From positions 15,934,001 to 15,998,000 of the forward strand of contig CM022678.1 of NCBI GenBank assembly GCA_012295275.1: DNA of 64,000 nt, given 5' to 3'. A program made the translations under genes and the position numbers. The notes beneath the pieces are model-generated. The model saw only the letters and a program-made list of their open reading frames with translations. It had not been told where the DNA came from and ran no database searches. Positions 54,118-64,000 of this stretch are shown one piece after another. Every line of letters begins with the position of its first letter. Within the stretch, counting starts at the first letter, position 1. The DNA comes from Chrysomallon squamiferum (taxonomy: Eukaryota > Animalia > Mollusca).

Positions 54118-54675
54118 CTAAGCTTTCATCCCTTTCCGAACTTTGTATCCACGGTAACCAGCTTGAATCTTTGCGGCAGCCTCGTTTTCTAAATCTTCCT
54201 GGGTTTGTTTCTTCGACACATTGTTGTTGTCAAGAGGCGAGTTTGAGCGAGGTGCCTCCCTGTTTGCCTTCAGCTCCTTCCTGGTCTGGTAACCGCGGTA
54301 ACCAGCCTGAATTTTTGCTGCGGCCTCATCCTCTCTGGTTCTAGTGTTTTTAACTGGAGACGGAGGAGTTGTCTCCCTTCGCGGAGGTGTTTGCTGTCTG
54401 TCGCTAGGAGGAGTGTCCTCCCTTGGAGGTGGAATGTTCTGTTCCTGCTCTTTCTGGCTCTTCAACTGTTTGCGAGTTTGGTGTCCACGGAAACCTGCTT
54501 GGATTTTGGTGGCCGCTTTTTCCTGTTCCAATTTCTCATTTACTGAGTCCCGGTCCTCCCACCTTGGAGGACTAAGATCGCGTTCTTCTGCTTCCTGTTT
54601 CTTAGCCTCCTTATGACTTTGCGTCTGCTTGCGTGACCTGTAACCACGGTAATGGCGTTGAATGGTCACAGCAGC
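54118..54675 (-). CDS. Multi-IQ calmodulin-binding protein (neurogranin/GAP-43/Igloo-type IQ repeats), last coding exon
   Basis: tttttcag|AAVTIQRHYRGYRSRK..AATKIQAGFRGHQTRK..AAAKIQAGYRGYQTRK..AAAKIQAGYRGYKVRK..KA*; TAG 54120-54118. Confidence 0.92.
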   Translation of the reverse strand, partial: AAVTIQRHYRGYRSRKQTQSHKEAKKQEAEERDLSPPRWEDRDSVNEKLEQEKAATKIQAGFRGHQTRKQLKSQKEQEQNIPPPREDTPPSDRQQTPPRRETTPPSPVKNTRTREDEAAAKIQAGYRGYQTRKELKANREAPRSNSPLDNNNVSKKQTQEDLENEAAAKIQAGYRGYKVRKGMKA

Positions 54676-54896
54676 CTGAAAAATTACATTACAAAAATTT
54701 AAAGTTATTTATCATTTAGAAACTGCTAGAATTAGGTGTTACAGTAATGTTTATAATAAATTTATTAATTATTGTAATAATTAATGATATCTGAAGTGGG
54801 TAGCATATTGTTCACTTAAACTACTAGCTGTAAGTTAAATTCTTATTCCTTTAATTGATTTTAAAGTATCATGAATACTTATTTGTTCTAAATAAT

Positions 54897-54981
54897 GAAG
54901 GAAGGAATCATTTTATTTAACAATGCCCCCTATACATAGTGTTATTGTTATTATTAATATTAATATTAATATTAATATTAA

Positions 54982-55033
<52 letters not shown>

Positions 55034-55230
55034 TTTTTTTTTTATTTTTTTATTTATTTTTTGTGATTATAAGACACATGATTAAGGATTACTCAGGATA
55101 AATAATATTATAACCTTATTACAACAATTAGTTGGGGAGCACTGGCTGGAACAGGAAATATCTCAATGTATCCACCAATTTATCCAATAACCAAGTGCAT
55201 CCTGGGAAGATATCCAACCATCCAACTTAG
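54897..55230 (-). mobile_element. Degenerate tRNA-derived SINE remnant interrupted by (TTA)n
   Basis: GAAGGAAGGAA..TTTTATTTAACAATGC tail and GCACTGGCTGGAACAGGAAATA core resemble (from memory) the Meta/MESC-type SINEs abundant in gastropods. Confidence 0.5.
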
Positions 55231-55884
55231 TTTTTTTATGAACTAATTAACAAACACTAATTTTTCAAACAGGTTTTTAGATTTGAGTTTTTATTAGAAA
55301 TTGGTAAATTCTAGACGACTATTCTTATTAAGAGATTTCCACTCAGTAAAAATACAAAGCCTTCCGAATAGCCCGTTCTAACCTATGATAATGTTGTGGC
55401 TAATTTTAACTGGTTGCTGCTGTGTTATTTGACCTATCAGAACTCCCAGTCAGGTATTTCAGCAGCACTTAAACATTTTACTGAATTCTCATGTTTAACT
55501 CATTTCTGATACATATTATTTAAATAGGAATATATTATTTAAATAGGAATATATTATTAGAATTTATGATCAAAGCCACTACATAACAATCTGTAGATTT
55601 AGCAGCTGCCAAATTGTCACAGTAGTAATTTCCCATTCTAACTATTGTCTTTTATGTTGTCAGATGAGAAGAGCCACTTTGGCAGCAAAGCAGTTGAAAG
55701 TAACTAATGCTTGAATGATCTGACCTCTGACCCTGATCTGACCTTGACCTTGATGTTGACATGAACTGATATTATTAAAAAAAAACACACACCTTTTAAG
55801 CAGATAAACATTCAAACTCTTTTATATATTTTTTTATGAAAACACTTTAATAAAAAAAAAAAAAAAAAAAGGAGAAATAACTAC

Positions 55885-56190
55885 CTCATCTTTCTTTTTG
55901 TCCACTACATCGGAATTCTTGTCAGTCTTTTCAGGCTGCTTGCCGTTCTTCTTGTTATTTTGCGGTCTTTCTTTTCGCTGTTCTGTCTTTGGACCATTTC
56001 TGTCCCTCGCCTCTCTGGGTTTCTGTTCTTCTTCTCTGCGTCTGTGATCGCTGTCCCGCCTCGACTGGTGTGCCTCTCCGACGCTCTCCTTGCGCTCAGG
56101 CCTGGCCCGGGGGTTGTGATCCTGAGTTCTGTCTGGTTGCTGGCGCTCATGTGTTTTGTCCGGTTGATGTGTTTGCTTGTGGTCTTCTTC
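55885..56190 (-). CDS. Multi-IQ protein, upstream charged/disordered exon
   Basis: cag|EEDHKQTHQPDK...VVDKKKDE|gtagtt; 306 nt, phase 0; joins AAVTIQ to complete IQ motif 1; more 5' exons not identified in window. Confidence 0.85.
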
Positions 56191-57349
56191 CTGTTTTTGA
56201 GTCAGATAATTCAGTACAAGAGAAAAATGTTTGCCTATTCTTCTTCTTTTTTTGTGTGGCGTAAAAGGGAAAAACTTCTTTAAGGTGACAGAAATGAACA
56301 GATGCAAATTGTCAGCTTGAAGAACCTCAGTGACAGAAAAAAAAGATTTGAAAAAAAAACAGTTTAAAATTCATTTTTTAATAATGATTATTAATTTGTT
56401 TTTTGGATGGTTTTTTTGGATTTCACTTTATTAATTGTTGTTGTTTTATAATGCATTTTTTTTTTGTCATTATTATTATTATTATTATTATTATGATTGT
56501 TATTGAGAGAAAAAAAAGAAGAAAAATAAAAGTAATTCTGAGTCTGTTTTCTCATTTATTCATCAATTTTACATTTCCCAGTTAATGGTTTAAAACCAAT
56601 CTGTTATTAATCAACATTGCTATAGCCAAACAAAAATTGAAACACAAATATTAAAACTGAACTTAAAGCCCACATATTTAAGTTTTTTTGTTATTGCTAT
56701 ACTTTATCATTATCAAAAGTTGTGTGCCATTAACAAATAAAAACATCAAATGGACTTATTTATTTGTACCACTGATATACTTTATTATTTTTTTTTTCTC
56801 TCCATTCTTTTCACACTGTCACTGAGGTTTTTCAAATTGTTGTTAGGATAATATTACTAACAGCAAAAAACAGCTACATATTCTTGCTACACACACAGGA
56901 AAGCACACTAAATAATATATACTACATTCTTAACAACAAAAGAAAGATTTCAATCAAATTCTGATGGTAATGATAAAAATTGTTTACTTATATTTTTTAA
57001 TTATTTTTCTTTTAAGTTTTCTCTTGTGTATTTTATATATATATATATATCAACATAATCATTGCTATTATCAAAAACAATTTTTTATTATTAACATTAC
57101 CATCAGTGTTCATTGATTAAAACCTGTCTTAAGGAAAGTAGCAGTGGGTTATTTTTAGTAACTAATGCAGGTTAGTAAAGCACTGAAAAGCATCCAGTAT
57201 AATAAATGCATGCAACAAACAGTTTTTATGACAAATTGTTCCAAAACTCATGACTATCTTGGTTAGAACTAATTCATTTCTGAATACTTTTTAGTTTTTA
57301 TTCTGATCTTCCTTGAAAAGGGATAATATCTATCTATCTATCTATTTCT

Positions 57350-57680
57350 GTAAATGAGAATTTTAAATATTATTATGGGAATTACTGTTATACCAGAAAT
57401 AAGAATTTTTTAATTTAAATTGGAAATTAAGTTGTTGTCTGAAATGGGAAATGGTGATATTACCATAAATGGGAAATTGTATCAACAAAACAACAGGAAT
57501 GTATAATATTAACAGAAATATGAAATAGTTATATTATTAGAAATGGGAAATTATGATAATTATAAGAAAAATGGGAAATTGATAACAACCATAAATGGAA
57601 AATTATATTATCAACAGAAATGGGAAATCAGGATATTACCAGAAATAAGAATTCTTGTATTTACAGAAATAGGACATTTT
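57350..57680. repeat. Degenerate short-unit tandem repeat
   Basis: Recurrent (A/G)AAATGGGAAATT...ATTACCAGAAAT. Confidence 0.65.
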
Positions 57681-58113
57681 AAAGTTTTTTTTTTTTATTT
57701 TGTTATTTTGTATTCTATCCATTTGTGTGATAAATTCTGGAACAAACAACAACAACAATCTCATTAAAAACAAGTCACAATACCAAGCCCATGTTATTTG
57801 TTTACTTAGTTATTTAATGGACATTCTTCCTTCTGTGGTTACTAGTAATACTGTTACACCCACTCAGATTTATTTAAAATATTAACTAAAACACTAGTAT
57901 GGTCTGGTCCTAGTTTTTTTAATTTCAACACAGTAGAGTTTGATTTAGTTTAAGCTTGCTCTGTGTTTAGTTATTTCCTAAAGCTACTAGTTCATTGCTA
58001 AGGATATTTGTAATTTCATTTGTCTATTTATTTTTAATGATTAGAAACACAATTATTAATCTTAATCATAAGAAACATCAACAGACTATTTGGCTTTATT
58101 GAAGTTAAACATA

Positions 58114-58150
<37 letters not shown>

Positions 58151-58544
58151 ATGATATCTTTATATTACTAAGCTACATTTCTAACTCATTTTGATAACCA
58201 CTGTTATACTTAATATTAATTATAAACGGACATTATGAAAATAACTAATACAAGAATATTTTTTTAAACAAATATTTTAGAATTATTAATTTTGTTTTTA
58301 AAAATTTAGAAAAAAAAGAAAAGAAGTAAAAGCACATTATAAACCTATTTGCATGGAAATGTGTGTTTTTTGCTCGTCTTTGTTTTGGACATCAACTGTT
58401 GTGTGGATTGATTCTATATTCCACATTTTATTATTTTTTTTTTTTTTTTATATTATTTTAAATGTTAACCACTTAATGCAGCAGTTACAAAATCATTTTA
58501 GTTTGCTGTTGACTGATTTGTCTATCTCAAATCTTCTGATTCTG

Positions 58545-59040
58545 GTTTGAATTTAAGTCTAATCTACGAATTCTGTTCTGTACGATTCTTAATTTAATGT
58601 GTGAATTCACTGTTCTGTAGTAAATTCATGTCTAATGTAAGAACTCTGTTCTGTACTATTTTTAATCTGATGTATGAACTCTCTATTCTGTATTATTTTA
58701 AATTTAAGTCTAATGTAAAAACTCTATTCTACACTATTTTAAGCTTAACCTATTTTGTACTATTTTAAATTCATATCTAATGAAAGAACTCAAATGGGCT
58801 ATTTTAAATTTAAGTCTAATGTAAGAACTCTATTTGTACTGTTGTAAATTTAAGTTTACTGTAAAAATTCCATTCAGTACTGTTTTAAATTTAAGTCTAA
58901 TTAAAGATCTCTATTTGTACTATTTTTAATTTAATATATGAATTCACTGTTCTGCACTATTTTATATTTATGTCTAATGTAAGAACTATTCTGTACTATT
59001 TTAAAATTATGTCTAATGTATGGACTCTATTCTTTTCTAG
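58545..59040. repeat. About 40-45-bp minisatellite
   Basis: Recurrent TTTAAATTTAAGTCTAATGTAAGAACTCTATTCTGTACTATT. Confidence 0.85.
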
Positions 59041-59109
59041 TTTAGAACTTTGGTTACCAAGGTGCTTTTTTTCTTTTTTTTTCTTTCTTCCTTTTTTTTT
59101 CTTTTTTTG

Positions 59110-59250
59110 ATGTCCTAATGATTTCAATTATTATTTTCCATCTCAGTGATTTCAATTACTATTTGATATCCAAACAATTTCGATTATCATGTTGTATTCA
59201 AAGATTTCAATTATTATTTGGTGTCACAATGATTTGAATTATATTTGGTA
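59110..59250. repeat. About 28-bp degenerate tandem repeat
   Basis: Recurrent GATTTCAATTATTATTTG. Confidence 0.6.
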
Positions 59251-60139
59251 GCCAACTCATTACTAATGAAATGCAGTCTGAACCTAAAACAGAATCTGAG
59301 ATTTAATAGGATACAACAACAGTTACCAGAAACAGTGATCAAACAATTGATCTAAAGATTAATGGATCTATCCCTGATCAAAGCTCGATACTTTTTTCTT
59401 TTTTTCTGACAGGACAAGCCCAGTGATGTAAATAATTTAATTATTATTGTATGTCTAGAGAGTAGGAAGTATTTCTGGATAATGAACTCTCACACACTTG
59501 TGAAATCTGTTAGAGCAGTTTTACTTTACTTATTTCAAAGCCCTATTTAATTTTGAACAAAAATGGTTCTTTCATTACAGACACCTTTTTCTCTTCTTCT
59601 ATGCTGATGAGAGCTGTTTTTAAGTCTCCATGTTTGAGATAAGAACTCGTGTCAGTATAAAGGTTGTGGCAAATTTTATACGTTAAAGGAAAAAAAAGGA
59701 CATTTCCTATGAAATTAAAGGTCCCCAATTATAGTAATCAAAATTATTCCAAATAAGCAATACATCAGAGATTAATTAACTGATCAGAATCACATTTACA
59801 TTCAGGATATATACAATGTGATGCACAGTCAAATGACCATAAAACAGTTTGTTATCATCCACTGAATAAGTAAGAAGCAGTTTGACTGAATGTGTGCAAC
59901 TAACTACAAGCTATACTCTGTATGCTGTATTCTGACTAAGTAATGTGCACTGGATACTATAAGCAATATACATGTGCATTTAATAATACTCAATTTATAT
60001 GTGAATATATGGCTTATAGAATATATGAAACTTATCTATGTATGTACATACATGCATACAAACATATACATAAATTTATTGTATAATCCTCATAACCTAT
60101 TAGTCATATTTTATACATATTGTAGTATGTATTTATCAA

Positions 60140-60219
<80 letters not shown>

Positions 60220-62043
60220 CCATTAAATGCTGTATTTTGAAATGCACATATACTATAAGCCACATTTTATATATATAATACATATATTCTAAACAAATAG
60301 TGACATCTATAATTTAGAGAGTTAAAAGTGCATTAACACTATATTGTGCCCTTGTGTTAGTGAAACAAATTAAAGCCACATGCAACATTTTACAACAATG
60401 GGTAAACTGTGAGAAAGAAAACCAAAATGTGCGAGACAGGAAAATTATGCAGCCATGAGATACATGAATATATCGACTGGGTAAGTATCATATAATGTGA
60501 ATATACTGATGGATATCTTTGTTTTGTGTGATACAAAATGTAATACACTGAAAACGTAAGAGGTTAAACAATAATAATAAAGTTCACATTTAAAATAAAT
60601 GGTTGTTGAGGTCAGAACAGTTGAATTATTATTATATTTTTTTTATATAAGAAATGTAATTATCCGTAGGTAAGTAACTGCATGTATGTGTATATGAAGG
60701 CATATGTAAAATCTGTATGGATGTAGGTGTATGTATGTATGTCTTTCTGTGTGATTATACGAGTCTGTATATGTCTATACATGAAGTCTGTCTGTGCTTA
60801 TGTGTCTGTATAATGTGTGTTTTAGTGTGAATATTTGTGTCTGTTTGTGATTTTATTTTCGCATGTGTATTTTTTTGTTTGTTTGAATGTGCATGCATGC
60901 ATGCAAGTGGATGTGTTTGTGTTTTGTAACTTGATATGACCTTATCTTTACAACCCTTCATTTAAATCATTTAATTTAAAATGAACGCCAACAGATACCC
61001 ATAACTAATCAAACTAATTTATAAAAGAATGAGCAATTTTCACACAACCATTTATTTGTATTTTTGTGAGAAAAATAAATAAAAATGAAAATAAAAAAGT
61101 AAAACAGGTTTAACGAAATATATTTATGGTGAATACGTAACAATTGAAGAACAAACTTAAAGCATTTTTTTTCTCAACAAAAACAATTTTGTCGGAAACA
61201 AACTTAAAAAAAAAAAAGAAAAAAAAAACAACTAAAAAAAAGGTTGTAATACACAGGTTCAGTATAATAATAAATGTACAATTTTTTTATTTTATTTATA
61301 TACATAATTCTAAATTTGTTTTAGAAAATGTAATAAATCTGATTTTATAAACATTCAAAAATGTTACAATACAATATATTACAAAATATTAAAAAAAATA
61401 TATAAAAAAATAGTATCATTAAAGAAATAAATTAGTTCCATATATTATTAATTTTGAAACTGCAAAAATATGTATTCATTAGAAAAGAATTAAAAATATA
61501 TATTGAGAAAATAAGAGTAATCAAAAAAATAAATAAAAACAATGTGTACACAGTAAAAAAATAAATAATACACTTTTAACAGAGAAGCTCAGTATTTTTT
61601 GTTATGTTTATAAAAAATAAGACAATAAAAAGTTTTTTTCAAAATCTCTCAGGTGTTGAGATTACTTCCAGTATAACACAGAAAAAATGCAAATAAAATA
61701 AAAATGAAGGGAAATAACCCAACACCTTTGTAGTGATCAAATCTGATTCACAAACAGAACCTTTTTAATGGAATCAGATCTTTTAATCCATTATTATTAT
61801 GTCACGATGAAAAAAACCCGAAGAAGATGAGAATTAGCACAATAATAAAATCCTAATAATAATAATAAAAAAAAAAAAAAAATAATAATAATAATTATAA
61901 TTTATATAGCACCTCACATCTTATTGTGTATTCTGTATGTTTATGACAGTGAAAAAAAAAAAAATGTTTTCATGGTCAAAATGTATATACCCATGTCTAG
62001 GAGTTTACTAATTAATAACAATAAAAATATAAAAAAAAAAAAA

Positions 62044-62074
<31 letters not shown>

Positions 62075-62517
62075 AAGATTTCAAAAGTGAAGAAAAAAAA
62101 GGAATTATCTTTCAGTTTTGAAGAGAACTGATCATTGTAACTAAATGTTTTCTGTAAACAGAACCACATGTCAACTAGTAAACAACACAAATTTTTATCT
62201 GTGTGACTGATAATGAAACTTAAATGTTAATCAGAACAAAAGAATACAAACAGGTTATAATGATAATGTATGAGTTAATCAGAACTTATCATTACAAACA
62301 GTTACTGTATCATTACTTCTCAAAACAAAATGTCATTCACCCAGATAACTTTATCCATAATTTCATTCACCCATATCTAAACTTTCTTCTGTTCACCTCA
62401 CTTTCATCTTTCATTCACACCCCAAAAATCCTATTCACCTTGGCTGAATCATTCACCTAGTTTATGAAGCTTTTGTTATGGAGATGTATTTAATTACATC
62501 ATTAATCCTAAATCAGG

Positions 62518-62634
<117 letters not shown>

Positions 62635-64000
62635 TAGGTAAATAGATAATTATTATTATCTGATATCAATGCATACATTTCTATACAGAAATTGCAAATC
62701 AAACTGGGGAAAAAAGCACCTGACAGTTAAAAGTCAAATTGTTACTAATAAGACATTTAATGAAATAATAATTGTTTTATAAAGAATATTATTATTACAG
62801 AAAATCTCCTGAATTAGTGGTTTAGTGAAGAAATATATATGAAATTCCTGAAACAAATAATTTTTTTTTTTTTCAGAATGACTTAATTATTCTTGGTTTT
62901 CTTTTTAAACTTTGCAGACTTTAAATGGGACTCATCAAAATTTGCTTAGTGAATTTTTCTTTATTCCTTTTTTTTTTTTTCCTATAATTGTTTTCATTTT
63001 TTTCTAAACACTATTAATATTTATTCTTGTTAAAAATAAAACAGAATATTGTTCCATTTAGTATCTCAGTTTCTACATTTTCCCATATTTTTACTTTCAC
63101 TTTCAAGTTATTTTTACTTTTTATTTTTTTTATAATTTGTTACTTTTAACTTTAATTTCCTTTTAACTTACCTTTATTTTTTTAAATTTTACTTTCATTT
63201 CATTTTATTTCACTTTATTAAATTCACTTCTGCTTCGACTTTTACTGTCATGGAGAACTGTTAGGATGTTTGTTATTATATTAATTTAAGCTTTATTCAG
63301 AATAGCAGTCACCAATCACCAAATTAAATATCAACATTATAAAGCACATCAATAATAAAACAAGATTGCTCTATATTTATACTCAATCAATTTTGTTTTT
63401 AAATTTCCATTTGTTAATTCTGCAACAAATAATTTTAAATTATACTGTGCTGATATTAAAATATGTTGAACCATATATAGATATGTATTCATTATTTTCA
63501 TTATTAAAAACTGAACACTTACAAAATTAATTCAGCAACTTCATAATTTCAGTTAATATAGTTATTAAAAAAATGTTATACCAAAAAATCCCAAAAGCTT
63601 TACATTCATGCATGCTGTTACATAATGATTATATATATAATTTTATATACATGTTAAAATATATAATGTTTATATATAATTATATAATTTTATATCAGTT
63701 TTATAATTTTAATAATTTAAAACAATATTTATTATGTTTATTTAAATTTGAATCCTATAGATCTTATTTATTTACCTAATTATTTCCTTAGATATTGTCA
63801 TAATAAATGTCTAATTAGATATTAGAACATTTAAAAAGACATATTTTGCCAAAGAAATGAACTCAGCATAAAATAAAATATTTATATATTAAAAAAAGGC
63901 TGGATCTTTACTTATAATTTATCTGTAAATTGTAAAATTCAAAAACGTATAGAAACAAATTTTTTTTTTTAAATGATTAAAAAGATATAAAATTAAAAAT

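Noticed and set aside
58345-59728. Further upstream exons of the IQ gene (about 58346-58415; ORF 59543-59728)
   Set aside because: No polypyrimidine tract or compatible phase, and no recognisable protein similarity.

Overview
Very AT-rich, intron-rich eukaryotic (animal) genomic DNA. A degenerate SINE resembling families I recall from gastropods suggests a mollusc, but that is inference. Three spliced protein-coding genes can be assembled by hand with consistent GT-AG phases. (1) A TRAM1-like ER translocon-associated membrane protein on the minus strand: 12 exons, ATG at 8542, running off the left edge. (2) Head-to-head with it, a ZMYND8/PRKCBP1-like chromatin reader on the plus strand (PHD-bromo-PWWP, long acidic linker, coiled coil, MYND): about 21 coding exons, probable ATG 13435, stop 42686, about 1,380 aa. 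(3) The 3' end of a minus-strand protein with four neurogranin/GAP-43/Igloo-type IQ motifs (54118-56190). Introns hold a 2.47-kb decayed pogo (POGK/Passer-like, DD35D) transposon, a 1.9-kb non-coding element with a 7-bp TSD, MITEs, SINE remnants and many mini/microsatellites. I found no convincing new multi-gene system. The most unusual signal is that tandem duplications repeatedly sit on ZMYND8 splice junctions. One leaves the bromodomain alpha-C exon without an intact 5' half, and another creates a second acceptor that would truncate the protein after the PWWP domain. There is also an orphan CpG-richer, promoter-like island with exon-like segments at about 45.7-47.8 kb. Human comparisons are from memory, not database searches.
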